A DNA stretch of 64,000 nucleotides. It comes from Eledone cirrhosa. Taxonomy: Eukaryota. The translations under genes and the position numbers were made by a program. Below the pieces are notes generated by a model. It was given only the letters and a program-made list of their open reading frames with translations, searched no databases and had not been told where the DNA came from. Positions 28,854 to 43,220 of the stretch are shown here, piece by piece (position 1 is the stretch's first letter; each line of letters starts with the position of its first letter). The stretch is from assembly GCA_964016885.1 (NCBI GenBank), contig OZ024741.1, positions 133,114,001 to 133,178,000 on the forward strand. Direction: 5' to 3'.

Positions 28854-28902
28854 CTAACGTATATACACTTTACAACACTTATACAATTAGGCTTATGTAA
28901 AC
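28854..28902 (-). CDS. Candidate 49-nt internal exon (GLHKPNCISVVKCIYV)
   Basis: Acceptor tatatttttgtttAG, strong donor AG|GTAAGG. Open only in phase 1, which matches the phase of exon 55147-55018. Confidence 0.35.
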
Positions 28903-29154
28903 CTAAACAAAAATATACAAATATTCCCAAGGCTAATTATAGGATTTTAATCTCACAATCACACATACACGCACAGATACATACATACACACACACACAG
29001 GTGCATATAAACACAGATACATGCATATTTAGTCTACTTAATATTTGCTGTATGAATAAACAAATATACTGACACACTTATTCATTAATTGAAATTATTA
29101 ACAATAATAATACATCATACATGTTTGTATGTGTGTGTGTATATATATATATAT

Positions 29155-29791
29155 ATATTTAGCTTTGTTTAATTGATTATTTATTTAGTTAACTTTTTCT
29201 GGACTAAGAAGAAAAATTAGGTAAATTTTATCTGTCTGTTCTTCAAACTTATAATTTTAGCTCTGATTAATGATTATTTAATTCATTCATTCATAGAGCC
29301 ACATTGTTGAAGGTGGGCTACACTCATATGTATCTGTGCTTATGTATAAATATGTACATGTTTCCTCTGACGTTAGGTTGAGTAAAATTTAGGTGGTAAT
29401 TGACTACTACTTCTAGTAATGCCTTTACTTGCCACCCACCTACTCTTCACTACCTTTCTATCTTGACCATTAGCCACATGATGACTTCTCGCTTTTGAAT
29501 TTGTTACTGACAATGATCACTTTGGAAAAACTGGTCCTAACTGAGAGTGTCCCTTGATAAGCTTGACAACTCATGGATAAGGTGCAAGTGCAATGATCTT
29601 GCACTTTTTCCACATAGCACAAGCCAAACTGCCAGCAGTCGGGGCTGGAAGAATATCGGTATACATTTATCTATCTTTTTCTTCATACTTGTAATTTAAA
29701 TTTAGCTCTGTTTAATTGATTATTTATTTAGTTAATTTCTCTGAACTAAGAAGAAAAGTTAGGTAAATTTTATGTTTCTTCTTCAAACTTA

Positions 29792-29797
<6 letters not shown>
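29155..29797 (+). mobile_element. pLTR/retrozyme-like unit: ~100-bp direct repeats around a decayed hammerhead (29551-29644)
   Basis: 29158-29258 resembles 29701-29797. CCC-TTGATAA-GCTTG...CAAGC-CAAA-CTGC-ca-GCAG-TC-GGG keeps all three stems but has mutated core residues. Confidence 0.55.
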
Positions 29798-29855
<58 letters not shown>

Positions 29856-30717
29856 TTTATTTGTCTGTAACTCTTAAAACTTTATACACAAACATACATG
29901 CACACAATGTATTTCCTATCTCATTCATGTTGCTACAAAAAATAAGTTCACTTTCCAATCACAAGTTACTCATACATTTAATCCTCATGTAATTATATCC
30001 TAAAAATAAATTATTAAAATACTCTCATCTTTAATCATGACCATGTCAGTAATCAACATAAACTATAGGGTTTCTCTCATGCTGAAGGAACATATTATAT
30101 TACAAGTGTTCCAGTTGTTGGATTAACAGTACAACATGCTCGTGAAATTAACATGCAAGTGGATGAGTGTTCCTAAGAAACATATACCCATAACATAATT
30201 CTCAAAGAAATTCAGCAGGACACAGCATGTGATGTAGTTGGCCTTTTAAATTACAAGTACAACATAATTTTGCCAGCTGAGCAGACTGAAACAATGCAAA
30301 ATAAAGTGTCTTGATTTGAATCACAAGAACAACACATTTTTGCTAGCTGAGTGGACTAGAGCAATGTGAAGTAAAGTGTCTTGCACAAGGACACAACACA
30401 TTGCTGGGAATCAAACTCACAACTTTAAGATCATAAACCTAACATTCAAACTATTAAAGCCATGCACATTCAAGTAATATTACAGTAATCTAAGGTTTAT
30501 ATGTTTCTTCCAGTCTAAAACAGATTTTTTAATTCCAATGTTGATATATTTTTACTGGTGGACAAATTATTTCAGAAAATTCTCATTTTAAATTGTTTAT
30601 CTAAAAACCTTTAAGTTATGTTCCAAACACCAAATCCCTCTAAATTCTTGGTTATTTTCAAAATTATTTGAAACATATATGAAGTGTATAGAAATATGGA
30701 AATAAAAGCGTTACATA

Positions 30718-31042
30718 ATCATCATCATCATTTTACGTCCGCTTTTCCCTGCTTGCAAGGGTGGTATGGGAACTGATTCTGGCTAGATTTCTAAAGCTGG
30801 ATGCCCTTCCTAACACCAACCTCATTTACAGTGAGTGCTGGGTGCTTTTTTTCCGTGGCACCTCCACGACACTTTGCAGTGGAATGATAGGAACCCCAGT
30901 CCCTATCATCTCATTTCTACAGCTGAGTAAACTGGAGCAATGTGAAATAAAGTGTCTTGCTCAAGGAAACAAGTATCACCCGGTCTGAGAATTGAACTCA
31001 CAACCTTTCGATTGTAAGGCCAATGCTCTAACCACTAAGCCA
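30718..31042 (-). mobile_element. SINE family B copy
   Basis: Same sequence as the other family B copies. Confidence 0.85.
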
Positions 31043-32089
31043 TCAATTTTTCCTAAACTTTTTTCTTCAAAATAAGGGTGCATTTTATACACCAATGTCT
31101 CTCATGTCCCAAAAATATGAGTCAACAAAAACTACAAAATGCCAAGATAATAAAGTAGAAAACCTAAAATCTGATTTTCATAGAAAGCTGTTTTCATATA
31201 TAAGACATGATAAGGACCTACAAATAAAGCACGATAAGGAAAATTAAATGAAATCAAAAAGAAAAAAAATTAATATAATATCGAAATTTTGAAAACATAG
31301 GGTGTATCCCAGTTTTTAAAATTGGTACACTGTATCCTTGTGTATCATAAGAGGCAACTAAAAAGGTTAGCATCAGGAAGTACATTCATATTTATGATGA
31401 TAACGATGCAAGTGCATTTCAACAATGTAAAAGAAAAAAGGAAAACGAAGAAAAAAAAATGGAATTTTCAGAAATTATTATAGAATGAAATCTGTAATAA
31501 TTTTGATAATTTCTTAGTTGGTTGAAACTATGGTGTTTACTAGCTGTACTGGAGAATTGCCATAGAAAGTACATCATAAAGTGTTCCAACAAAACCCTAA
31601 GAAAAAAAAAAAAAACTTTAGACATACAGGTTTGCCAAGAGGATGTAAAAATTCAGGTGAGGAATCTATAAAAAAAGTTAGTTAATAAAAGATGGCATAT
31701 ATCCATTTCTAATGCCATCCCAAAGCCAAAAATATAATGAATGCAAAATTTTGGTGAAACATCAGCTAAAGCAGACATATTTTGATGAACAATCAAACAT
31801 AACATCAATGGATCTGTCTTAGAAGAAGCAATATCACAATACTCTGCTAGGAGAAGCTGTTTAACATTATACCCCATTCTGAAGAATAAACAAAATTCTA
31901 TGCCAAAATCTTTATATATATATATATAATATTAAAACAACTCCACTCCATCTTATTTCTAAATAAATAAGTATTACAACTAGAATACAAGTGATATGGA
32001 AGCCCAACAGTACTCGCAAAACTTTTTAACAGCTCTTCTGAGAATAGATAGTTTATCTGAAATATATCAGGAATAATAAATATAACATA

Positions 32090-34553
32090 GCCTCATAGTT
32101 AGTGACCTCATAGTCAGGACGAGACGTACTCAACAACAGAGGAGGACTACTCTGAGAAGAAGAATATGGAAGTTAAAGGACCCCACAGCCTGTAACAAAT
32201 TTAAAAGCATATTACTTGATGCCTTTGACAATAAGGAAGAGCAATTAGAGACGTACAATATAGAGGAAGAGTATGAATTCCTGAAAGTTAACCTGCTGAA
32301 GGCGACAGATGAAATCTGTGGCTGGAGCAGACCGATTGGCAGGAGGAGAGTAACGTGGTGGTGGAACATTAAGGTGGAGGAGTCAATCAAGGCCAAAAAG
32401 CAGGCTTGGAAAGTATGGCAGGATGGGGGAAGTAGAGAACACTATCAAGTGGCCAGGAGGGAAGCTAGGAGACAAGTGTACTTTGCAAGAAGGGAAGCAG
32501 AGGAAAGAAAGTTCAAGCATGTTCTACAGCGCGAGGACCAAAAACGTGAGGTGTTCAGGATTGCAAGACAATGTGTCAAGGAAAACCATGATATTATTGG
32601 GGAGAAGTGTGTCCGTAATGATGATGGTGTACTTACCATCACTGATGCTGATAAGAAGGTAGCTTGGAAGTGTCACTACGAGAGGCTACTAAATGGGAAA
32701 GAGATAGTCTGCCCCAAATCGATCCAATAGAGGGACCAGCAGTGCAAGTTGAAGGTAGTATAATAAGTAAGGCAATCAAAGATATGAAGACAAGCAAAGC
32801 AGCTGGGCCTTCAGAGATAGTTGCTGAAATGCTGAAAGCATCTGGAATGGTGGGACACACTATGGTCACTCAGATAGTAAACCAAGTCATATTAATTGAT
32901 TGACCAGGTCATGAAGGTCATATAAAGAGTTATAGCGCAACTAATCAGAGAGCGAATTGATCTAGATGAAATGCAGTTTGGGTTTGTGTCAGGTAAAAGT
33001 ACCACAGACGCTCTTTTCCTTGTACAACAACTACAGGAGAAGCACTTAGCTAAAAGTAAACCCCTATACTTAGCTTTTGTTGACTTGGAGAAAGCCTTTG
33101 ACAGAATCCCCCGTTCCATTATCTGGTGGACCCTTAGAAAACTAGGTGTTGATGAATGGCTTGTGAGAGCTATACAAGCCATGTATAAAGAAACAGTCAG
33201 CAAGGTTAGAGTTAACAACGAATGTAGTGAAGAATTTAGCGTAAAAGTTGGTGTTCATCAGGGCTCTGTCCTTAGCCCCCTCCTATTTATTATTGCCCTT
33301 CAGGCTATAACAGAGGAGTTCAAGATCGGCTGCCCATGGGAACTTCTATATGCAGATGATCTAACGCTCATAGCTGAATCAATGGCTGAACTAGAGAAGA
33401 AATTCCAAACATGGAAGCATGGCCTAGAATCAAAAGGCCTTCAAGTTAACTTGTCTAAGACTAAAGTTCTAGTTTGTAGGAAGGAAAATAGGGCACTGGT
33501 CCCATCTGGGAAATGGCCATGCTCAGTGTGTAGGAAAGGAGTAGGCAGAAACTCCATTTTATGTCCCAAATGCAAAGTATGGGTGCATAAAAGATGTAGT
33601 GGGATCACAGGTAAGCTAACTAAGAATATAGATTTTATATGTGGCTGGTGCTCTGGTGCAATAAGTAGCAGCAAGTGCCCACAGAATACTAGCTCATTCC
33701 ATTCTCTCTAAAAATGAAAGGTAGGCTGTATGATGCCTGCATACGAACAGCAATGTTACATGGCAATGAGACCTGGGCATTGTGTGCAGAGGATCTGCGC
33801 GCACTGGAGAGGAATGAAGCTTGCATGCTCCGTTGGATGTGTAATAGTAATATACGTGAATAGCAAAGCATGAATGAACTAAGTGAAAAATTAGGAATAA
33901 GAGGGATCAGATGCTGTTTACTCGAGAGAAGACTATGTTGGTATGGTCATGTGATGTGCATGAAAGACGACAGCTGTATAAAAAAGTGCAGGGCGATCAA
34001 AATTGATGGAAGTTACGGAGTAGGCAGACCCAGAAAAACCTGGGACGATTTGATAAATTCCGACCTTACACACTTACACCTCTCTAAGACAATGTCACTG
34101 GACCGAGATCTTTGGCGCTATGCAGTAATACAGAAGACCCGTCTTGCCTAAGTACAGAGCAAAACCTACAGTCAGTAGGCACCTCTTAACCAAATATATA
34201 CCCCCGTCCCACTACCCCAACTCCCCACTTCACCTCCATCAACACCACTCCTTTCTCTGTAAAGTTATGTTGGTATCACAACATCCAGTCCTAAATAAAT
34301 GAGGTCGTTTAGGTGTCACGACAAAAAATACACACAGTCCACGCTGTAATGTGGCCGTGTCGGTAACACGGTAAAAACCTCCCAGTCCACACTGTAAACG
34401 TGGTTGGTGTTAAGAAGGGCATCCAGCCGTAGAAAACCTGCCAGACAGTCCTATACGAACAAGACAACCAATCTTGCCTCAAGTGGGACAACTCCCGTCT
34501 AAACCCATGCTAGCATGGAAGATAGACGTTAAACGATGATGATGATGATGATG
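32090..34553 (+). mobile_element. RTE LINE, truncated, with two internal deletions and frameshifts
   Basis: ORFs 32374, 32664, 32971 and 33870 carry KAAGPSEI, FVDLEKAFD, YADD, the PHD-like finger and WYGHVM. Deletions near 32890 and 33695. (GAT)n tail. Confidence 0.95.
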
Positions 34554-36100
34554 GAACCAAGTTAAAAGAATCTCTCAGTTCTCATTTTTCCTTCCCTTCA
34601 TTCATATATCTCTCCTTCTTCCTTATTACCTCAATATTTACAACCCTGTCTGCATTGTACTGGCTTCCAAAACAACCATTTTTAAATATGTATTTCTTCA
34701 ATAATTTATAGTGTGAAATCTAGTTTAACACTTAAAATTATGTAAAGACACAAAATGAAGCTAGAGTGTGTATTTATTGCTATAAAGAAGAGATAAAGAG
34801 AGGGGCTGTTAACTCCTGATAGAGAAAGAGAGGGGATGTTCTGACACAGAGCATGTCTTGGGAATTTTAAAACTAATGGGACCCATCCCTCTCCAGTTGG
34901 TCTTGTGCCCAGTCAAAAGAAACTGTTATAACTACTGCTAAAATTAAACCTTTCAATGACTATTGCCCAACAAAAATTATATGCCAAATGTCTTACAACT
35001 TATGCATAATAAGGTGTGGTATATACTTAGTGTTAGTATTATGATAATATGCATAGAGTACACTCTGTATAGTAAAGGTGCTGTAGCAACGAAAAAATGC
35101 ACCTAGTACATGCTGTAAGGTGGTTGGGTGTTATGAACATCCAACCATAGAAATCATGCCAAAATAAGGTCGCTCTGACCCATCTGTCTCGGACGCTATC
35201 CAACCCATGCCAGCATGGAAAGCAGACATAAAGTGATGATGATCGTCCAAAAGCTCAATCTAACAAAACCATAGTGCAGATATGTAGGAGTGGGGGGGAT
35301 TACATTGAGAACAACTGACAAGCAAGTAAGATTAAATTTATACTTCAACACTTCAGAATTATCATACATAACAAGTACGATTACAAAACTTATCCAGAAA
35401 GAAGCAGTAATGGGAAAATAAACAGTTATTTCTAGAAGAATCATTAAAGATGTGCAAATAATTAAATACAAGTAAAATAAATTATTGGATCAAATTTTAA
35501 AACAGAACTAAAATTGAAAGAAAGAAATAACATAATTACACTGCGAAAATAAAAGGTATTCACAATCTAAATAGAATTTGTTTACAAATTGGCAACTATT
35601 TTGTTTTGTTTTTTGTTTGGTTTCAGAGATGCAGTATTTCAAATGGACTTTTCTAAAAATATACATTACATTTGAATACATTTTGCTTACAAATAATCAT
35701 GTGATTTACACTAAAAACTGGTTTTAAAACTAACCAGTGATAAGTTGTCTTAAAGAGATCAGTTTACACATACCAAATACAACTATGGCAACAGGAGAAT
35801 TGACAAAGTAGTTTTTCTTCTCTAATCGTTGCTTGTGACCTTAACGAGGGCGGCCGCCTATTATATTGACAGACATCAGTATGGATAGCAGACATGTCTG
35901 TCGATACATTAAATAATTGATATTACTTCAAGAAATATCAATTAAGTATCTCATACTAACTGATATATATATATATATATATATATGTGTGAGTGTGTGT
36001 AGCTCAAGATAAACAAAGTGATACAATAACACAAAGTCTTATGAGTTTCACGCTTGTTGGAAAAGGAATATATATATATATATCCAAAATTAAGATAAAT

Positions 36101-36855
36101 GATTAATTGGTGAAATATATTTCTTTAATGGAATATATACAGGGAAGATTAATCATATTATAAGGTATCTATTTTTGAAGTTCTAGTCAACTTTATTTAG
36201 TTACCTACCTAGCTATGTGTGGTTACACACTTGTAAAAATTATCTCCTGTGATTATTCATGTTTATATATATGTTAATCAATTTCTAGTTATTATAAAAT
36301 GCTCGGACCTACTCGATAGAATCTTGGAGCTTATTTTCCGGGTGATATGGCGCATGCCTTTCTGGCATGACACCCATAATTTTGATTTAGATTAAAACCA
36401 TTTAATTTATCTTAATTTTGGATATAGATATATAAATACGGCTCCTTAATTGTAGAGCTAACTCTGTTGAAAGGAATCGACTGCTGTTTCTAGTTGTCGA
36501 TAACCCTATTCACGCCACTGGGACGAAGCTACTATGATGTATGTAGTAAATACAACATGTGGTAATAGCCAGTTGCAGATTTGAACTTGTAGTGTAAACA
36601 CGGATTGCTGGAAATTTTCTTCCTTGTTGAAAATCCAAAATCTCCACTTCCGTGGTTTACCATCTGATTAATTGGTGAAATATATTTCTTTAATGGAATA
36701 TATACAGGGAAGATTAATCATATTATAAGGTATCTATTTTTGAAGTTCTAGTCAACTTTATTTAGTTACCTACCTAGCTATGTGTGGTTACACACTTGTA
36801 AAAATTACACTCCTGTGATTATTCATGTTTATATATATGTTAATCAATTTCTCGT

Positions 36856-36860
<5 letters not shown>
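36101..36860. repeat. ~190-bp direct repeat pair, period ~565 bp
   Basis: GATTAATTGGTGAAATATATTTC...TTAATCAATTTCT at 36101-36287 and 36666-36852. Confidence 0.9.
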
Positions 36861-36895
<35 letters not shown>

Positions 36896-36965
36896 TAAAT
36901 ATATATATATTCTTTTCTGAATTTGTTTAGCAAGATTCTTTATCTGAAAACGTGTGTTGAAACCG

Positions 36966-37180
36966 ATATTGTTATACTTTGGCAGGGTCATGTTGCCAAT
37001 AAGAAACACATGCACCAGTTGCTTTCACTTCAATTTATTATTATTATGACAATATATGAACAACCATCCGGTTGTGGAACCAACCAACCAACCGGAAGTT
37101 TATAATAAATTGAAGTAAAAGCAACTGGTGCGTGTGTTTCTTATTGGAAGGCAACATGACCCTCCCAAAGTATAACAATA
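36966..37180. repeat. ~75-bp inverted repeat with ~60-bp spacer
   Basis: ATATTGTTATACTTTGG...TTCAATTTATTAT versus ATAATAAATTGAAG...CCAAAGTATAACAATAT. Confidence 0.85.
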
Positions 37181-37355
37181 TATATATATATATATTCCTT
37201 TTCCATGTATATATATAATTTTGACTTTCATATATATATATATATATATATATAGATATCATCATTATCCTTATTCCCATTTAACATCCATTTTCCCAGC
37301 AAGCAAGATATGTATGTTTGTTATATACATGCATATGCGTACACACATACATAGG

Positions 37356-37391
<36 letters not shown>

Positions 37392-37991
37392 CATGTTATA
37401 TTGAAACCACAACTGCCTTTGTCTTTATAATTTTTTTATTACTAATCATTAGTACGGCTACACCCTTGAGATGACCAAAGCCAAACAAAAAGCGGTGGAG
37501 GTCAACTAGGGAGGGGTTCTTTCAACAGGAGTTATTTCTATTTCTTTAGAAATCCTTTCTCTTTACTTTGGTACAATAATGTTGCTAAATATACATTTCA
37601 GTCAATGTACATAGATTTAACTCAAAAAAATAACTTATTACAAGGTTATTAATCTGAATAACAGGAAAACAGTTAACCCTTTTGATATCAACCAGGCCAA
37701 AAATTCCTCAGCTTCTATGAAACAAAGCCAACCATTTTAAAGGGTTCCGATTGAAATTTAAATCTTCCCACATAATTCTATATAAGAACCTTATGTTAAG
37801 TTCTATCTTAGTAATGAAATAATTAATTTTAGTAAATCCCTCAAAATTCATCAGTAATTAATTGAAAGAAATTGTTTCTATTGAAATTAAAATCTTCCAA
37901 CATAATTCTATATAAGAACCACATATCAAGTTACTATCTTGGTAATGAAATAATCAATCATTTTTATAAATCCATCAGAATTCTTCATTAA

Positions 37992-38201
37992 CTCTTAACA
38001 TCCTGTATCACATCAAACTGCATTAGCAAGACATTCTTCAAAGTTACAAAACAGCTCTATCACTGTATAACACTAAAAATTTACTTTAGTTTACTGCAAA
38101 TTTTCACAACTATCTGTTTTCTGGTAGAGGTACTATAAATATTTGAATTAACAAACCTGTTTTTAGATATTTTCTGTTAAATCATTAAAGGATGTTAAGA
38201 G
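37992..38201. mobile_element. piggyBac-like MITE (210 bp) nested in another piggyBac-like MITE (~37676-38257)
   Basis: TTAA TSD on both sides; perfect 13-bp TIR CTCTTAACATCCT/AGGATGTTAAGAG. Partial relatives near 5640-5787, 6370-6500 and 22770-22965. Confidence 0.8.
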
Positions 38202-39380
38202 TTAATTAATTGAAATAGTTAATGCCTGTCATTAGAAATATGATCATGAAAAGGTTAAGATCCAAGTTGTTTGATTAACAAATTTAATCTCTAAAGTCTG
38301 TTTTGAACCCAGAGGCTCATCAGGCTGGTATCTATCCCACTTTCCGTGGTGTCAAGCAACTGAGAATTCAAATGCACTCCATCACAGAATTAAACCTTCA
38401 GCTATTGCTGGTACTCATTTTCAGCTGAGTATACTGGAGCAATGTGAAATGAAGTGTTTTTCACAAGAACACAACTCACAATCCAGTCCAGGAATTGAAC
38501 CCACAACATTTTGATCATTAGACCAACACCTTTACCACTAGGCCATGTGCCTCCATAATCTAGTCTACAACATTAATAAAACTTTCAAATTAACATTATA
38601 TTATGTTGATGACTTTATACCGCTGCCTCTATAGAACAATAATTCTTCCAGAACTTATGCACATCAATTCTTCTTTTTAGATTGTTAAATAGTCAAATGT
38701 TTCATCTACATTACAGGTTCTCAACCCATTTAAGCCAAATGCCCCCTTTTGTCCTTCATATTTTTCCATTTTTCAATATACTACTGATTTTGATATCAGT
38801 CTATTACTAAAAAATTGATTAACAATATTCCAAAGATACCATTGCAGGCAGCTGAGAGTATAAATACATTCCTTGAAAGGAAATATATAAATTTCAAAAA
38901 AGGAACATAAATGTTCTTTTTTATGAATAAGGACCAGTTGAATTTGTTATATTCCCACCAGGCGATACCAGCTATTTTGAACATTTATAGAAAGGGCAAC
39001 TCTGTCTATCCAAAGAGTGCTCTTATCTAGAAGAAAGTGGCAATTATATCATTTCAAAGCTGTCCAATTTTCCCTTTAATGAAACGGATAGAATAAATGT
39101 TGATATCTAACTTGATGTCCCCTACACTTTGTGAGCTTAGATACCATGGAAGAGGGTTTTCATGACCATATAAGATGGTATATTTATTAGTAAGTGGTAA
39201 AATATATACAACAAATGAGTAAGTGAATTGTGGTAGATGGTTTCCAGTCCAATCAGACTGCAACTACAAATAAAAAAATTGTTAGTTTGCTTTGTAACAA
39301 TTGCCTATCCAAGTTTTCGGATAAATCAACTTACTTTAACTTTGACTTCATTTCAATGGAACCCTTGAGCTTCGTGGAGT

Positions 39381-39991
39381 CTAGCTAACTCTTTGACGTG
39401 AGGCTGAGTGCAGTCTGGAGACAGCACCAAACCTCCTCTCGACTAAGTATGAGCTTGGAAAAGGCAGAGCAAATCTCTTAGTCTCTGCATGTAGGAGTGG
39501 AAATCGACGCTGAATTTCCTCTTGCATCCAAAAAAGGGGTTCACCTATTTTGGGAAATCTAATTTTGATCATGTCATCTGCTTGAAGTTCAATGAATTCT
39601 TCCTGAAATTTAACATCCAAATCGTCGACGGTAGCTATGAAGGGATCTGCTATCCACATTGGGATGTCCATCGGCAAAAGGTCAACAAACCATTCTCTCA
39701 TGTTGTCTTGTAGTGCATGGAGGTGAGCGGTATAAATTTGGAGTTGGTCATTGCTTGGCACAGTTGTCGGAAAATTTGTTCATTGAGGGAATGGCGTTTG
39801 ATAAAATTGATGACATCAATGGCCACCTGCAAGAACTTGCTCAGCCGCTCACTGAGTTTCTTTGCAGCCAAGTGTTGTCGATGAATGAGACAATGAACAG
39901 CAAATACAGATAGATTTTCTCTCCTCAGAAGAGTGACGAAACCCTTGTTGGCCGACCATTGCTCTTTCATTGTCCGTAGCACACGATACAA
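39381..39991 (-). mobile_element. hAT (Buster/Charlie-type) transposase remnant
   Basis: VHCLIHRQHLAAK...VINFIK (CxxH motif) and FW...LPFPSSYLVERRFGAV (hAT dimerisation domain). Frameshifted and deleted. Possible terminus CAGGTTCTCAACC near 38714. Confidence 0.85.
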
Positions 39992-39992
39992 T

Positions 39993-40185
39993 GTGTGTTG
40001 TATGTGGTCCTAGATGTATGCATTACCTGCCTGTGTGTTGTATGTAGTCCTAGATGTATGTATTACCTGCTTATGTATTGCATGTGGTCCCAGCTGTATG
40101 TATTACCTGCTTGTGTGTTGTATGTGGTCCTAGATGTGTGTATTACCTGCTTATGTGTTGTATGTGGTCCTAGATGTGTGTGCTA
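39993..40185. repeat. 38-bp minisatellite, ~5 copies
   Basis: Unit TGTGTTGTATGTGGTCCTAGATGTATGTATTACCTGCT. Confidence 0.9.
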
Positions 40186-41196
40186 CCCTCTTCTGTGTTT
40201 TTTTCTTTACTTTTTTTTATTTGTAATATTATTTATATTAATTTGTAATATTATTTATACAATAGGGAATAAAATAAATCTTCATAGTGTTAACTCGTTA
40301 CGGTTGAGTCAATAATTTCAGACATGAAATACATTGTTATCGGTGAAGGAAAGACAAGATTCTAACTGGCTGCGCTCAAAGTGTCCCAACCCAGTTGACT
40401 GTGGGTTTTTCCATTTTTAGGATCTCAATTGCCGGTTAATATCTAGACATGCCTGCACACTTGCTCACAGCTGCGATCAGACCATAGTTATGCTGTCTGC
40501 ATGGTCATTTAAATGCATTCACACTGGCTGTCTCAGAGACATAGAAATATGGCTTATAAAACTTACCAAAGTAAAGAGCCTTCCAGTGGCCCCCTTTGAA
40601 TTACAAATACAACTCATTCTTGCCAACTGAATAGATTGTAGCAATGTGAAGTAAAGTATCTTGCACAAATATACAATATGTTGCCAGGAATTGAACTCAC
40701 AACCTTACAATTGTGAGCTGAACACCATAACCACTAAGCCACATGCCATCCAACCCAACATAAACATGGTATCAAGAAGATTCACAAAATGAATACTCAA
40801 TAAAACAATATATTCTTCAACAGTATTAACAACAAAAACTAAAGAGAGATCATTCAATGATTAACTAATAATTAGGCGAAGTTCAAATCTTGCAGTGGTT
40901 CATTTAACAATCAATCTTCCAGAAGAAATTAATAACAAAATTAAAATCTGTCACAAACCAGTAACTAAATCAATAACTAGATGATATCTAATATGTTGGC
41001 TACAACTAATCATTTGCAGGCTAGAGCCATAGAAAACTTGCCAAACAAAGAGTCAAAAGGAGTCTTCAGTTATGTCAAAGGCATTGAAAACCTCCTTAGT
41101 GCTAGTGACATGATAAAATGCACCCTGTACACACTGCAAAGTGGCTGGTGATAGGAGGGCATCCAACTGTAGAAAACTTGTCAAACAAAGGGTTAA

Positions 41197-41399
41197 CCCT
41201 TTAGCATTTACATTATTCTATATATACTATTAAATTTTACCTCACATAATATTGAATCTATGAGATTTTGATATTATTCATTTTGAAAACAATACCTCAA
41301 CATCAGTATGAGTAGCTGGTTACATGAGATATTATATGAGATAAAGCCTTTACCATGAAAATACAATAGTAAATATAGAGTAATGCAAATGCTAAAGGG
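41197..41399. mobile_element. piggyBac-like MITE (203 bp)
   Basis: TTAA-CCCTTTAGCATTT ... AAATGCTAAAGGG-TTAA. Confidence 0.8.
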
Positions 41400-41519
41400 T
41401 TAAGGATAATGAATGGAGCAACATCAGAACCTGTTCATTACATTTGTGGATCTCTCAAAGGCTTTATACATTATAAACAGAAAACTTCTGTGGGATATTC
41501 TCAGATGATTTGATTGCTC

Positions 41520-43220
41520 ACCAAAGAATTAAACTAGATGTGATGTAGTTTGGATTTATGACAAGACAGAGGAAGACTGATGCCCTCTTTTTAGCAAGAC
41601 AACTGCAAGAAGTTCCTAGCTAAGAATACGCCACTATCTTTAGCTTTCAGTGATCTGAAGGTCTTTGATAGAATACTGCGAACTGTAATCTGGTGAATAA
41701 CGTTTAAGAGCAGTGCAAGCTATGTACAAGGATGTGGTCATCAAAATACAAATAGGCTATGAGTTCAGTCAGGAATTCAGTGTCCAGACCTGTGATCATA
41801 AAGGCTCTGTCCTCAGCTCACACCTGATTATTATACTTTTCCAGGTCATAACAGTAATTTGAGACTGACTGTTCATAGGAACTCCTATATGATGGTGACC
41901 TAATACTTAGAGTGAAAAATTTAGTGAAGAAATTGCAGACAGAGAAATAAAACCTAGAATTAAAAGGCCTCAGAGTAAAGTTAGCAAAGAATAAAGTTTT
42001 AGTAAATATGAAAGTTATTGGACTCTGCAGTCAGAGAAATTGCTGTATTGGATTGGTAGAAAAGGGGTTGAGAGAAACTCTATACATAGCATAATCATCA
42101 TTGTTGTTGTTTAACATTTGTTTTTCCCTGTTGATCTAGGGAAGGCTTTAAACAGGGTGTTTGTTCCTCATTCTATAATCTGATGGATGTTAAGGAAACA
42201 AGATGTAGACAAATATCTTGTAAGGACCAGGCAATAATGAACAGAGATACAACCAGCAAGATGAGAGCTGGCAATAAATCACTAACAAACAGTGTGTAGG
42301 TAAGGGTACATTAAGGCTCAGTCCTCAGCCCCTTTTTGTTTATCTCTGTCCTCCAGGACATAACAGCTGAGTCTGTAGAAGAGTTAGAGGTAAAATTCGA
42401 GACATGGGAATGAAGTCCTGAATCAAAGGGCCTGAAAGTAATCTGAGCCAAAGCTTAAATTTTAATAAGTAGAAAAGAAAACAGGACACTGATACCATTA
42501 GAGGAATAGCCATGGTCGATATGCAGAAAAGAAGCAAGCAGAAATACCATATGGTGCATACAATGTAAACTATGGATGGATAAAACATGTAGTGAAATTA
42601 TAGGTAGATTAATAGAGAGAGTAGACTTCACAAGTAGCACATACACAGGAGCCATGATCACGCAGAGTACATGTGAAATAGATTCTAACAATTACTCAGG
42701 TGGTTCCCTAGAAGTTGTTGACAGCTTTTGTTACCTATATGACATAATCAACAGTAGAGGTGGGTACTCTGAAAGCATAGTAATTAGAATAAAAACAGGT
42801 GAGAAATTCAGAGAACTATTTATTACCTCAGGTGGCAACAAAGGTTTCTTTCTCAGAGTGAAGGGTAGACAGTATGATGCTTATGTGCAAACAGAATTTG
42901 AGAAGATTTGAAAAAAATGAAGTATGCTCCAGTGGATGTGCAATGTCCATGTGCATGAACAACATAGTATAAATGAGCTGAGAGAAAAACTAGATATAAG
43001 AGGAATCACATGTAGTGTGCAAGAAAGATGAGATGCATATGGAAGATAACAGCTGTTTAAAGTACAGGTTAATCGGAGTAAATGAGATCTGTGGAAGTAG
43101 ACCCAGGAATACATAGGATGAAGTGATGAAGACTGACCTAAAGAAGCTGAACCACACAATGGAGATGACAAAGGACTGCGATGATCGATAACATGCAATG
43201 CTGAAAATGACCCACCCATC
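41520..43220 (+). mobile_element. Old, heavily decayed RTE LINE fragments
   Basis: Recognisable GSLEVVDSFCYL, KFREL, MLQWMC and GRPR motifs, with many stops. Confidence 0.7.

Noticed and set aside
31540-32056. Apparent chain of minus-strand micro-exons (32056-31989, from 31878, 31665-31628, from 31596)
   Set aside because: It would need a 31-nt intron and weak donors. The plus strand has faint pogo-like transposase traces (NFGETS, YFD) and a pogo-like terminal motif near 31075, so a decayed transposon is at least as likely. Neither reading is well supported.
39993-40185. Regular 38-bp repeats as a CRISPR-like array
   Set aside because: No unique spacers and a eukaryotic context; it is a simple minisatellite.
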